From Pristiophorus japonicus (Eukaryota): DNA of 64,000 nt. Positions within the stretch are counted from its first letter, which is position 1, and each line of letters begins with the position of its first letter. Below, in pieces: positions 25,680-39,498 of the stretch. The stretch lies in contig NC_091990.1 of assembly GCF_044704955.1 (NCBI RefSeq), positions 28,210,001-28,274,000 of the forward strand, written 5' to 3'. The notes below the pieces were generated by a model. That model was not told where the DNA came from, did no database searches, and saw only the letters and a list, made by a program, of their open reading frames with translations. The translations under genes were made by a program, and so were the position numbers.

Positions 25680-26087
25680 GTGCCGGTGGGGAAGGGGCGG
25701 CTTCAACCAGCGCCATTTGCCCATTCAGCCCCGGCCCACTGGGGGCTGGAGAGATCGCTGACGGCGCTCGCAGAGCCCGGGACCTGGCCGCAACTTTGAA
25801 ACTTGTGTCGGGGCCACCGGGCTATTCCCGACAAGCAGCCGCTCCCACTCTGTCACCTCTCAATGTACCGGGAGACCGGGGGACACAACAAGGCTGGGGA
25901 AGAAGGGGACATCTCCTCTCTCTCTCACTCTCCCCGGCCTCGGAACACCGCCCTGCGTGCAACGAGAAGCTGCCGGGGCCCAGTGCGTCTCTGAATCAGG
26001 CCTCCAGCTGTATTTGTCTTGTCTTTGTCTCAGACATTCCTGGCAATAGTCCAGGAATGTTCCTTCCTGACAACGGGAACCATAACA
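25680..26087 (-). promoter_or_regulatory. CpG-rich segment upstream of the leader exon (candidate promoter or first exon); paralogs at 35810-36170 and 48180-48590
   Basis: CpG-rich, found three times at the same position relative to the gene units, with shared motif cctgacaacgggaacc. Function is inferred from position only. Confidence 0.35.
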
Positions 26088-26609
26088 TCAACATGATAGG
26101 CAGTCCCTTTAAGCTTCCAGCCAAAAAGGGCTGAGTTCACAAGTGTTACGATGAAGGACCTAATACTCCAGGTACCAAACTACATGTTGAAGGGCGGAAG
26201 ATACGTGGATTTTTTTTAACGTGTGGTGGCTATTGCACACCAGCAGCCATCACACGATCTTGACAGAGCTAGGTCTTGGTCCAGTGGCAGGGATTAACCA
26301 AGACGATTGGAGACCAGCTCCGCTGCACGGACATAGCTTGCACACACATATCGCAGTGTGGGCTCCCAGTGCTGCCCCTGGGCCCTCACCTCTTCTGGGC
26401 CCCAAACTCACGCCTCTTCTGGGCCCCGGTCACATCCCTCTACGAACTCTTGCCACTCCTTCGCCCCTCCTGCTGTGCCTGCCCACACTGCAATCTGCGA
26501 CCTGGCTTCGCAGCCGTCGCCCTCCTGCAGCAACACGCGCTGCTCCCTGCAGTGGTATGCCGCAGCACGCTGCTTCCTCCAATGGCCCCGGCCATCTCGC
26601 GCGCGGGCA
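26088..26609 (-). mobile_element. Short non-autonomous RTE derivative (5' UTR + 3' tail)
   Basis: 3' motif ataggcagtccct at the left; RTE 5' UTR similar to 10750-10880; 11-bp TSD gaaccataaca (26077-26087, 26610-26620); empty site at ~36162. Confidence 0.75.
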
Positions 26610-26967
26610 GAACCATAACAATGCTAACACGTAAAGCAAAAGCAACGTTGTGACGATATACAGGAATGAAATCAAAACAAAGAACATTAAGCTCTGATCA
26701 AGAGTTAGAACTTTTAACCGATCTATTTTTCCCACAGAAACTGACTGATCTGTTGAGGCGTGGCTAAACTTTTGTGCTTTGGTTTCAGATTTCAAGCATT
26801 TCAAACAGAAGTAGGAGACTTCTCATGGTGTCCCAGCCAACATTTCCCTCCCAACTAAAACCACAAGAAAAAGATTCGGAACTCCTACACGGCAAGCGAG
26901 CCAAAGGTGGGTAGAGAAATTGTTTCAAGGACACCCTCAAAGCCTCCTTGATAAAATGCAACGTCCC

Positions 26968-29900
26968 TGTAAAGTCCTGACCATGCAGTACAGACTTACA
27001 CGAGGCACATGCTGAAGTCAAGGTCACTCTGGACCTGCACCTTTATTTCACAGCTCTCCAGTGCCACACTTGCCTGAGACCTGCCTTTATATACCTGTGT
27101 GGAACAGGTATGCAGTGTCTCCTGCAAGTGCACCCTTGGGGGTAAAGTATGCTTCTGGTTACAGGTCATATCTAGTTACAGTCATGTATAGCATGGTAAG
27201 ATACAGTTATATACAGTAGTGTGAGATACATGACATCACCCTCCCCCAAGGTCTTATTGTCTTTATAGATTCAGTCTCTCAGGTGGTCTACGCTCTCGCG
27301 TGGAGCGTCTTAGTTGTGATTCAGTTGTTTGCCTTGGTGCCTGTATTTCTTTCGGTGTGATTGCTGGTATCTCGCCTGGGCTGTCTGTTTCGTTCAGTAT
27401 GATTGCTGGTATCTCGCCTGGGCTGTCTGTTGAGACTGCCCTTTCCTCAGGTTGTTCCCTCTGTCTGTCCACCAGGTGTGGTGTGAGTTCCACATTGTAG
27501 TCTGCCTCTGGTTCTGCAGTGTTGTTGGTGAATCTACTTTTTATTTGGTCTACATGCCTCCAGCAGGTTTGGCCATTGTCCATTTGTACAACCAGTAGCC
27601 TGTTTCCTTCCTTGCCTGTTACTGTCCCTGCATTTGGGACCCCTGCCATAGTTTAGCACAAACATTTTGTCCCCTATCACATTCCACCTCCCCCTCGAAT
27701 TTCGGTCATGGTACTCAGTTAGCTTCCGGCGCTTTGCCTCAACAATTTCATGCATGTCTGGGAGGATTAACGAGAGCCTAGTCTTTAAGGTCCGTTCCAT
27801 CAATAGTTGCGCGGGGGGAACCCCAGTCAACGAATGCGGACGAGATCTGTATGCCAGCAGCAGTCGCGACAGGCGGCTCTGCAGCGTGGGACCTTGGATT
27901 TTAAGCATGCCTTGTTTAACGATTTGCACTGCTCGCTCCACCTGGCCATTGGAGGCCGGCTTGAACGCTGCGGTCTTAACGTGATTTATGCCGTGGTCAA
28001 CTATAAAATCTTGAAATTCTGCGCTGGTGAAGCACGGACCATTATCACTGACCAATATGTGAGGAATTCCATGCGTTGCAAACATGGTTCTAAGGCTCTC
28101 CACAGTGATGGAGGTGGTGCTCGAGTTTAAAATGGTGCACTCGATCACTTTGAAAATGCAGCGACGACTACGAGGAACATTTTGCCCATGAATGGGCCCG
28201 CATAGTCTACATGCACCCGCGACCACAGTTTGGTGGGCCAGGACCAGGGGCTTAGGGGGGGGGCCTCCCCGGAGGCATTACTGAGTTGGGCACAAATGGT
28301 GCACCGCCGGACGCAGAGCTCCAAGTCCGCGTCAATGCCAGGCCACCAGACATGGGATCTGGCTATGGAGGAAATTAAGGCAATAGTTTGGAAGGACATT
28401 AGCTTGGATGATGTGGAATCTATATGGGTAGAGCTGCAGAACACCAAAGGGTAAAAAATGTTAGTGGGAGTTGTGTACAGACCTCCAAACAGTAGTAGTG
28501 ATGTTGGGGAGGGCATCAAACATGAAATTAGGGGTGCGTGCAATAAAGGTGCAGCAGTTATAATGGGTGACTTTAATATGCACATAGATTAGGTTAATCA
28601 AACTGGAAACAATGTGGTGGAGGAGGATTTCCTGGAGTGCATAAGGGATTGTTTTCTAGACCAATATGTCGAGGAACCAACTAGGGGGGAGGCCATCTTA
28701 GACTGGGTGTTGTGTAATGAGAGAGGATTAATTAGCAATCTCGTTGTGCGAGGCCCCTTGGGGAAAAGTGACCATAATATGGTGGAATTCTGCATTAGGA
28801 TGGAGAATGAAACAGTTAATTCAGAGACCATGGTCCAGAACTTAAAGAAGGGTAACTTTGAAGGTATGAGGCGTGAATTGGCTAGGATAGATTGGCGAAT
28901 GATACTTAAGGGGTTGACTGTGGATGGGCAATGGCAGACATTTAGAGACCGCATGGATGAACTACAACAATTGTACATTCCTGTGTGGCGTAAAAATAAA
29001 AAAGGGAAGGTGGCTCAACCGTGGCTATCAAGGGAAATCAGGGATAGTATTAAAGCCAAGGAAGTGGCATACAAGCCAGAAATAGCAGTGAACCCGGGGA
29101 CTGGGAGAGATTTAGAACTCAGCAGAGGAGGACAAAGGGTTTGATTAGGGCAGGGAAAATGGAGTACGAGAAGAAGCTTGCAGGGAACATTAAGACGGAT
29201 TGCAAAAGTTTCTATAGATATGTAAAGAGAAAAAGGTTAGTAAAGACAAATGTAGGTCCCCTGCAGTCAGAATCAGGGGAAGTCATAACGGGGAACAAAG
29301 AAATGGCGGACCAATTGAACAAGTACTTTGGTTCGGTATTCACTAAGGAGGACACAAACAACCTTCCGGATATAAAAGGGGTCGGAGGGTCTAGTAAGGA
29401 GGAGGAACTGAGGGAAATCCTTATTAGTCGGGAAATTGTGTTGGGGAAATTGATGGGATTGAAGGCCGATAAATCCCCAGGGCCTGATGGACTGCATCCC
29501 AGAGTACTTAAGGAGGTGGCCTTGGAAATAGTGGATGCAGTGACAGTCATTTTCCAACATTCCATTGACTCTGGATCAGTTCCTATGGAGTGGAGGGTAG
29601 CCAATGTAACCCCACTTTTTAAAAAAGGAGGGAGAGAGATAACAGGGAATTATAGACCGGTCAGCCTGACATCGGTAGTGGGTAAAATGATGGAATCAAT
29701 TATTAAGGATGTTAGAGCAGTGCATTTAGAAAGAGGTGACATGATAGGTCCAAGTCAGCATGGATTTGTGAAAGGGAAATCATGCTTGACAAATCTTCTG
29801 GAGTTTTTTGAGGATGTTTCCAGTAGAGTGGACAAGGGAGAACCAGTTGATGTGGTATATTTGGACTTTCAGAAGGCTTTCGACAAGGTCCGACACAAGA

Positions 29901-32900
29901 GATTAATGTGCAAAGTTAAAGCACATGGGATTGGGGGTAGTGAGCTGACATGGATTGAGAACTGGTTGTCAGACAGGAAGCAAAGAGTAGGAGTAAATGG
30001 GGACTTTTCAGAATGGCAGGCAGTGACTAGTGGGGTACCGCAAGGTTCTGTGCTGGGGCCCCAGCTGTTTACACTGTACATTAATGATTTAGACGAGGGG
30101 ATTAAATGTAGTATCTCCAAAATTGCGGATGACACTAAGTTGGGTGGCAGTGTGAGCTGTGAGGAGGATGCTATGAGGCTGCAGAGCGACTTGGATAGGT
30201 TAGGTGAGTGGGCAAATGCATGGCAGATGAAGTATAATGTGGATAAATGTGAGGTTATCCACTTTGGTGGTAAAAACAGAGAGACAGACTATTATCTGAA
30301 TGGTGACAGATTAGGAAAAGGGGAGATGCAAAGAGACCTGGGTGTCATGGTACATCAGTCATTGAAGGTTGGCATGCAGGTACAGTAGGCAGTTAAGAAA
30401 GCAAATGGTATGTTGGCCTTCATAGCGAGGGGATTTGAGTACAGGGGCAGGGAGGTGTTGCTACAGTTGTACAGGGCCTTGGTGAGGCCACACCTGGAGT
30501 ATTGTGTACAGTTTTGGTCGCCTAACCTGAGGAAGGACATTCTTGCTATTGAGGGAGTGCAGCGAAGGTTCACCAGACTGATTCCCGGGATGGCGGGACT
30601 GACCTATCAAGAAAGACTGGATCAACTGGGCTTGTATTCACTGGAGTTCAGAAGAATGAGAGGGGACCTCATAGAAACGTTTAAAATTCTGACGGGGTTA
30701 GACAGGTTAGATGCAGGAAGAATGTTCCCAATGTTGGGGAAGTCCAGAACCAGGGGACACAGTCTAAGGATAAGGGGTAAGCCATTTAGGACCGAGATGA
30801 GGAGGAATTTCTTCACTCAGAGAGTGGTGAACCTGTGGAATTCTCTACCACAGAAAGTTGTTGAGGCCAATTCACTAAATATATTCAAAAAGGAGTTAGA
30901 TGAAGTCCTTACTACTAGGGGAATCAAGGGGTATGGTGAGAAAGCAGGAATGGGGTACTGAAGTTGCATGTTCAGCCATGAACTCATTGAATGGCGGTGC
31001 AGGCTAGAAGGGCCGAATGGCCTACTCCTGCACCTATTTTCTATGTTTTTATGGCCTTCATAAGTACGATCCCCGGGTGCTCGCGGTGGAGCTCCCGGAC
31101 AAACGCCTCTCTGCCTCCCAAGGGCATAACTACTCGGCTGCCCCACATCAGGCAGTCTGCCTGTAGTGATAGTTCATGCATGCGCCTATGGAAATGTTTG
31201 ATCTCCTTCGGGCAGGCATTGCGAGCCTCTGCCCAGTCACCAGTTAAAACATATCTTTTGACTAAGGATAACATGGGGTCGCTGGTCGTCCAGGCTCTGA
31301 TTTGGCGAGCCGTCATGGGCGAACCTGTGGATTCAAAGGCATTGATTGCCATGACCATCTCACAGTCCTGTTCGTCGGACCCTTCCGTGGTCGCCAGGGG
31401 TAGCCTGTTGTCTGTGCCTGGTCTGTGCCTTATTGTGTAGTCGTAAGACGCCAGCATGAGTGCCCACCGCTGAATGCGCGCCGAGGCATTGGCGTTTATT
31501 GCCTTGCACTTGGATAGCAGGGACGTGAGGAGTTTGTGGTCGGTTTCGAACGTGAAATTGGCCCCGAAAAGGTACTGGTGTATCTTTTTGACACCGTACA
31601 CGCACGCAAGCGCCTCCTTCTCAACCATACCGTACCCGCGCTCCGGCCGCGAAAGTGACCTGGAGGCATAAGCAATGGGTTGTAATTTACCTGCATCATT
31701 GACATGCTGTAAAACACACCCGACCCCATACGCTGACGCATTACATGTAATAACTAGCTTTTTACCTGGGTCAAAAAAGGCTAAAACACTGTTGGAACAT
31801 AGAAGGTTGCGTGCCTTATTGAAGGCGCGTTCTTGGGCGTGCCCCCAAAACCAATCGCACCCCTTTCTGAGTAGCACATGGAGAAGCTCCAGCAGCACGC
31901 TCAAGTTCTGCATAAAGTTCTCAAAGTAATTGAGTAGCCCGAGAAAGGCGCGCAGTTCCGAGATGTTCCGGGGCCTGGGTGCCAGATGAATTGCTTCGGT
32001 TTTGGATTCTGTTGGGCGGATTCCATCAGCGGCAATCCTTCTACCCAAAAATTCAAGCTCGGGTGTGAGAAACAGACACTTGGATTTCTTAACTCTTAGG
32101 CCTACCCGATCCAATCGACTTAGTACTTCCTCCAAATTGCGGAGATGGGAGTTGGTGTCCCTGGCGGTGATGAGTATGTCATCTTGAAACACAACCGTCC
32201 CCAGGATGGACTTGAACAGACTCTCCATGTTGCGCTGGAATATAACAGCTGCCGACCTGATGCCGAATGGGCATCGATTGTACATGAAAAGACCTCGATG
32301 TGTGTTGATGGTGGTGAGTAGCTTAGACTCTTCGGTCAGTTCTTGCGTCATATACGCAGATGTGAGATCTAGTTTCGAGAAAAGTTTTCCTCCAGCCAAT
32401 GTGGCAAATAGGTCCTCCGCTCTGGGCAGCGGGTATTGGTCCTGTAGGGAGACTCTGTTTATGGTAGACTTGTAATCCTCACAGATTCGTACGGATCCAT
32501 CAGGCTTCGTGACGGGGACGATGGGACTTGCCTAGTCGCTAAATTCCACAGGTGAGATAATGCCTTCCCCCAGAAGCCAGTCCAGTTCGTGTTCAATCTA
32601 TTCCCTCATCACATAAGGCACAGCTCTAGCCTTGTGATGGACCGGTCTGGCATCTTGTGTGATGTAGATTTTAACTTTAGCCCCTTTGAAGGTGCCCATA
32701 CCTGGCTGAAAGAGATGTTCAAAATGACTTAGAACTGTTGAGCAGGAGGTCCGTTCCTCTGACGACATGGCATGAACATCATCCCATTTCCAATTTAGTT
32801 TTGCCAGCCAGCTTCTCCCCAACAGTGCTGGGAGATCTCCGGGGACAATCCACAGGGGAAGTCGGTTCACTGTCCCTTTGTGTGTGACTGAGCATGGCGC

Positions 32901-33350
32901 TGCCAAGGACTGGGACGATTTCTTTGGTATAGGTCCTTAGTTTGGTGTCGATCCTTGTGAGTTTTGGTCTGTTGCTTTTGTGCGGCCACAGCTGTTCAAA
33001 TTGTTGGACGCTCATGAGAGATTGACGAGCTCCCGTGTCCAGTTCCATGTCGACGGGTATCCCGTTGAGTAGGACCCTCATCATTATTGGAGGCGTCTTG
33101 TTGTAAGAACAGTGGACACTGATCGTGTTGACCCGCTGTGCCTCAGCGTCCCGGGCACTGTCCCCACCGTCTTCTGGTCCGCTTTCCGGCCCTCCTGATT
33201 TGTATACCAGTCGAGCTGCTGTTTTTCTGCACATGCGAGCCAGATGCCCTGTATAGTTGCAGTTTCTGCAAACAGCATGCTGAAATCGACACCCCCTTGT
33301 TGAGTGCCTTCCCCCACATCGCCAGCACAGACCGTTTCCATTGTTTCCGA
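26968..33350 (-). mobile_element. Second Gypsy copy (same family as 1-4223), 5'-truncated within gag, interrupted by CR1
   Basis: LTR 26968-27235, PPT 27236-27250, integrase 27534-28368, RT/RNase H ORF 31041-32399, protease and zinc knuckles 32779-33340. Confidence 0.95.
28369..31049 (+). mobile_element. Young CR1 LINE (EN-RT) inserted in the Gypsy integrase
   Basis: GVVYRPP, MGDFN, GKSDH and RT motifs; ttttctatgtttt tail; tatgg duplicated at both junctions. Confidence 0.95.
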
Positions 33351-33887
33351 ATTCTGGCAGGTTGTCTTTCGTTGCATCTGGCCACATGAGGACAGGCACT
33401 TATTGCAGAATCTAAAAGCTGCATGACAGCTCAACAAACATTATGGGCCTGGAAAACTCATTTTAATTTTGTGCAGTGTGAAATTCATTTATTTTAATAA
33501 AAATTAAAAATTTTAAGTAACTTTTCAAAACATATTTTTTAAATTTAGTTTAAAAGTTGGCCCATGTTTATTTCACATTTCCCATTTCCCAATGTGATTG
33601 CATCAATCTTTCTTTTGCTCTCTCTAACTATTTAAAAAAGTTATAATTTTAAAAGCTTACTGACTTCATTGTGCAGTCTATAATAATTCTGCATTTTGAT
33701 TGGCTGCTTAGGCAGCTGTTGCTGTCACAGCAGTTTGAACAGGGGATTCCCCACTAAAGTCCTTTCAACTGAACGGCACCCTGAGATCACGACGCGGGGA
33801 TTGCGAGATCCTTGTATGGAGCTTATTTCAGGACCAGCAGCGAACGCCTTCGCATTGCTGCTGACTGCAAATTACGGGCCCATGGTC

Positions 33888-35550
33888 ATTATAAGAACAT
33901 AAGAACATAAGAAATAGGAGCAGGAATTGACCATACGGCCCTTCGAGCCTGCTCCGCCATTTAATACAGTCATGGCTGATCAGATCATGGACTCAGGTCC
34001 ACATCCCTGCTGCACCCCATAACCCCTTATTCCCTTATTGGTTAAGAAACTGTCCACCTCTGTCTTAAATTTACTCAATGACCCAGCTTCCACAGCTCTC
34101 TGAGGCAGCGAATTCCACAGATTTACAACCCTCTGAGAGAAGAAATTCCTCTTCATCTCAGTTTTAAATGGGTGGCCCCTTATTCTAAGATTATGCCCCC
34201 TAGTTCCAGTCTCCCCTATCAGTGGAAACATTCTCTCTGCATCCACCTTGTCAAGCCCCCTCATAATCTTATACTTTTCGATACAATCACCTCTCATTCT
34301 TCTGAATTCCAATGAGTAGAGGCCCAACCTACTCAACCTTTTCCCATACGTTAACCACCTCATCTCTGGAATCAACCTTGTGAACCTTCTGTGAACTGCC
34401 TTCAAAGCAAGTATAACCTTTCGTAAATATGGAAACCAAAACTGCACGCAGTATTCCAGGTGTGGCCTCACCAATACCCTGTATAACTGTAGCAAGACTT
34501 CCCTGCTTTTATACTCCACCCCCTTTGCAGTAAAGGCCAAGATTCCATTGGCCTTCCTGATCACTTGTTGTACCTGCATACTAACCTTTTGTGTTTCATG
34601 CATAAGTACCCCCAGGCCCCGCTGTACTGCAGCACTTTGCAATCTTTCTCCATTTAAATAACTTGCTCTTTTTAATTTTTTTCTGCCGAAGTGCATGAAC
34701 TCACACTTTCCAACATTATATTCCATCTGGCAAATTTTTGTCCACTTACTTAGCCTGACTATGTCCTTTTGCAGATTTTTTGTGTCCTCCTCACACATTG
34801 CTTTTCCTCCCATTTTTGTATCATCAGCAAACTTGGCTACGTTGCACACAGTCCCTTCTTCCAAGACATTAATGTAGATTGTAAATAGTTGGGGTCCCAA
34901 CACTGATCCCTGCTGCACCCCGAGAATGCCAACCCAAAAATGAACCATTTATCCCGTCTCTCTGTTTTCTGTTAGTTAGCCAATCCTCTATCCATGTGAA
35001 TATATTACCCCCAACCCCGTGAATTTTATCTTGTGCAGTAACCTTTTATGTGGCACCTTGTCAGATGCCTTCTGGAAGTCCAAATGCACCACATCCACTG
35101 GCTCCCCTTTATCCACCCTGTTTGTTACATCCTCAAAGAATTCCAGCAAATTTGTCAAACATGACTTCCCCTTCATAAATCCATGCTGACTCTGCCTGAC
35201 CGAATTTGCTTTTCCAAATGTCCTGCTACTGCTTCTTTAATAATGGACTCCAACATTTTCCCAACCACAGATGTTAGGCTGACTGGTCTATAGTTTCCTG
35301 GTTTTTGTCTGCCTCCTTTTTTTAAATAGGGGCATTACATTTGCAGTTTTCCAATCTGCTGGGACCTCCCCAGAATCGATTGAATTTTGGTAAATTACAA
35401 CCAATGCATCCACTATCCCTGCCGCTACTGCTCTTAAGACCCTAGGATGCACGCCATCAGGTCCAGGGGAGTTATCTGCCTTTACACCCATTATCTTACT
35501 GAGTACCACCTCCTTAGTGATTGTGATTGTGTTAGGTTCCTCCCTCCCTA
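33888..35550 (-). mobile_element. 5'-truncated CR1 LINE
   Basis: (ataagaac)n tail at left; ORFs 33980-34948, 34988-35176 and 35288-35614 carry RT motifs. Confidence 0.92.
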
Positions 35551-35559
35551 TAGGCAAAT

Positions 35560-36423
35560 TATTAAATGAATGAATATACATCAATAAACAGTCATTGTAC
35601 ATGTGTAAGCCCAAAGAGTGAATGTTGACCAGCTATTCGACAACAGGAGGCACCACAGCCTAGTCTGACACTGCCCTCACTCTCTGCCCAGAAGGCAAAC
35701 TCCCAGCAAGTTATTGTGGAGCGATCAGAGCAGGCTGGCTCATTTAATAGGGAGAAGTTTTACATCTACAGTGCAGCAACAGATGATCACACTTGCAGGT
35801 GTTGGATGTGCCGCCCAGTGTCATTTGCCCATTCAGCCCCGGCCCACTGGGGGCTGGAGAGATCGCTGACGGCGCTCGCAGAGCCCCGGGACCTGGCCGC
35901 AACTTTGAAACTTGTGTCAGGGCCACCGGGCTATTCCCGACAAGCGGCCGCTCCCACTCTGGCACCTCTCAATGTACCGGGAGACCGGGGGACACGACAA
36001 GGCTGGGGAAGCCGGCCTCGGAACCGCAACACCGCCCTGCATGCAACCACAAAGCTGCCGTGGCCCAGTGAGTCTCTGAATCAGGGCTCCAGCTGTATTT
36101 AACTTGTCTTTGACTCAGGCATTCCTGGCAATAGACCAAGAGTGTCCCTTCCTGACAACGGGAACCTTAACAATGCTAACACGTAAAGCAAAAGCAATGT
36201 TGTGACTACATATAGGAATGAAACGAAAACAAAGAACATTAGCTCTGATTAAGGGTGAGAACTTTAACTTACCTATTCCTCCCACAGAAACTGACTGATC
36301 TATTGACGCGTGGCTCAAATTAATTGCTTTGGTTTCAATTTCAAGCATTTCAAACAGCAGCAGGAGACTTCTCATGGTGTCCCAGCCAACATTTCTCTCC
36401 CAACTAAAACCACAAGAAAAAGA
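35560..36423 (-). other. Relic upstream region of a fourth B7 gene unit (coding exons absent)
   Basis: Colinear with 25418-26087 + 26620-26873 and with ~47915-48590; homology stops just before where the leader exon would lie. Confidence 0.7.
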
Positions 36424-36890
36424 TTATCCAGTCATTTTCTCTGCTGTTTGTGGGACTTTGCTTCATGCAGACTGGTGGCTGCATTAGCCTCCATTATAAC
36501 AGCGACTACATTTCAAAAGTACTTCAGTTGCTGTGCAGCTCTTTAAGATGTCCTGAGGGTCTGAAAGGCGCTATATCAATGCAATGTATTTCATCCTTTC
36601 CTGCACCCTCAGACTGGCTCTGAGTCCGCTGATTGTTGGTCCAGACACAGTTATAGCCTTAAACTACACAACCTTGGCTGAAACTTTCACTAAAACACGA
36701 CATTGTAGTAACTGCTGACTTGTGGATGAGATGTTAAATTAACGCCATGTCCCCTGCTCTGACAGATGGAAAAGGTCCAACGGTAATATTTGAAGAAGAG
36801 CAGGGAGTTCACCTGGTACCCTGGCCAACGTTCCTGTCTCAACCAACAACACCAAGATCAGGTTATCTGGCCATTCATTCATTTCACGAG

Positions 36891-39310
36891 TCATCATAGG
36901 CAGTCCCTCGAAATCGAGGAAGACTTGCTTCCACTCTAAAAGTGAATTCTTAGGTGACTGAACAGTCCAATACGGGAATTACAGTCTCCGTCACAGGTGG
37001 GACAGTCGTTGAGGGCAAGGGTGGGTGGAACTGCTTTGCCGCACGCTCCTTCCGCTGCCTGCGCTTGATTTCTGCATTCTCTCGGCGACGAGACTCGAGG
37101 TGCTCAGCGCCCTCCCGGATGCATTTCCTCCACTTAGGGCGGTGTTTGGCCAGGGCCTCCCAGATTTTGGTGGGGATGTTGCATTTTATCAAGGAGGCTT
37201 TGAGGGTGTCCTTGTAACGTTTCCGCTGCCCACCTTGGGTTCGCTTGCCGTGTAGGAGTTCCGAGTAGAGCGCCTGCTTTGGGAGCCTTGTGTCAGACAT
37301 GCGAACAATGTGGCCTGCCCAAGGGAGCTGGTGGAGTGTGATCAGTGCTTCGCTCCTGGGGATGATGGCCTGATTGAGGACGCTAACATTGGTGCTAGGT
37401 GGTCTGTCCGCCCAGGGAATTTTCAGGATCCTGCGGAGACATCGTTGGTGGTACTTCTCCAGCGATTTGAAGTCTCTACTGTATATGGTCCACGTCTCTG
37501 AGTCATACAGGAGGGTTGGTATCACTACAGCCCTGTAGTCCATAAGTTTGGTGGCAGATTTGAAGGCCTGATCAGGAGGCCGAAGGCTGCGCTGGCACAC
37601 TGGAGGTGGTGTTGAATCTCATCATCGATGTCTGCCCTTGCTTAAAGTAGGCTCCCAAGGTATGGAACATGGTCCACGTTGTCCAGGGCCGTGCAGTGGA
37701 TCTTGATGACTGGGAGGACAGTGCTGTGTGGCAGGGTCAGGTTCTTGGAGGACCTTTGTCTTACGGATGTTTAGTGTAAGGCCCCTGCTTTCGTACACCT
37801 CAGTGAAGATGTAACTATGACTTGTCATTCAATTTCTGAATGTGCGCAGACGCAAGCGTTGTCCGCACACTGTAGTTCGACGACAGAGGTTGGGACGGTC
37901 TTGGATCTGGCCTGGAGACGTCGAAGGTTGAACAGGTTCTCACTGGTATGGAACATGGTCCACGTCGAAGGTTGAACAGGTTCCCACTGGTTCTGTAGTT
38001 TAGTTCCACTCCCGGCATGCTCTCCTCCTTCCAGATGAGAGAGATGAGGTCATGCATTCTTGCCAATAGTGCCTCTCCGCCATACTTTAGTGCTCAGCGG
38101 GGATTCCATCTACTCCCGACGACTCCTTTTTCTTGAGCTGACGGATGGCCTTTTCTATCTCGTGCAGGGTTGGGGTTTTGCTGAGATGGTGGCGGGTAGC
38201 ATGCTGCGGGATGGAGTCGAGGACCCTTGTGTCAAAGTCAGAGTCTCGATTAAGGAGATCTTCGAAGTGCTCCTTCCAGCGGGTCCTGACTGCCTCGGTG
38301 TCCTTGATGAGTGTCTCCCTGCTCTTGGCCAGCAGTGGGGTGGGGCCTTGGGTGCTTGGGCCAGAGGTGGACTTGACTGCGGTGAAGAATTCTCGCACAT
38401 CATGGCTGTCGGCCAGCTGCTGAATCTTCTGTGCTTTCTCCATCCACCATCTATTCTTTAGGTCACTGGTTTTTTGTTGGACCTTGGCTTTAAGCCATCT
38501 GTAATGCTGCTTTGCTGCTCCCGAGTTGGGTTGTTGTTTTAGATTCAGAAATGCCCTACGCTTGCGATGTATTAGCTCTTGGATCTCCTGGTCATTCTCA
38601 TCAAACCAATCCTGGTGTTTCTTGGTTGAGTGACCGAGCGTCTCTTCGCAGGAATTGGTTATGGTGGTCTGGAGGGCGGACCAAGCGCTGTGGACATTCT
38701 GCATCTCGGGGTCATCAAGGGTTGCCAGGTTAGCAGTGAGGTGCTGGCTGTATAGGGCTCTCTTAGCTGGGTCTTTGAGTGACCCGGCCTTGACTTTTTT
38801 GCGGCACTGCTTCTGCTGCCGTCGCCACTTTGGGGCTATGTTGATGTTGATGATGGAACGGATTAGGCGGTGGTCTGTCCAGCAGTCGTCAGCTCCTGTC
38901 ATAGTGCGGGTGATGCGCACATCCTTGCGATGCCAGACTCGAACGATGACATAGGCGAACAGGTGCCAGTGTTTGGAGCGAGGGTGTTGCCACGATGCCT
39001 TGTACTTGTCCCTCTGGTGGAACAAGGTGTTCGTGATGACAACGTCGTGCTCTAGGCATTTTGTCAGGAGCAGGGTACCGCTGGAATTGGTTTTCCCTAC
39101 CCCCTCTCTGCCGATCATGCCTTCCCAGAGGGCTGTGTCCTTTCCGACCCTGGCATTGAAGTCGCCAAGAAGGATCAGTTTGTCGTCTGTAGGGACACGG
39201 GATAGGGATTTTTCGAGGTTGGAATAAAAACCCTCTTTGGTCTCATCTGTTGCATTGAGGGTTGGGGCGTACGCACTGATGACTGTGGTGCATTGATTCC
39301 GGGATAGGAT
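36891..39310 (-). mobile_element. RTE LINE with internal RT deletion and rearrangement
   Basis: tcatcataggcagtccct tail; EN domain (SAYAPT, LGDFNARVG, WTDHRL) in ORF 38087-39373; C-terminal ORF 36950-37600. Confidence 0.9.
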
Positions 39311-39498
39311 AGGATACGATGTTGTATAAAGGCAAGTTCTTTCTCGCGATTTCTCTCGTTTAACATCTGTCAAAGTAAAATAACTTTTGCCGGCAATATT
39401 TCTTATTGCTGCTGGAGAGCAAAGGAAATGGCCCTCTATAGCTGTCTAAAGTCCTTCAACTTCCCCAGAATAGTTTGCATTTTCTTTTTGATACTCAC

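Noticed and set aside
28145-28585. Chimeric ORF joining CR1 antisense and integrase sequence (also 30817-31146, 32779-33399, 54280-54681)
   Set aside because: ORFs that cross insertion or deletion junctions by chance.
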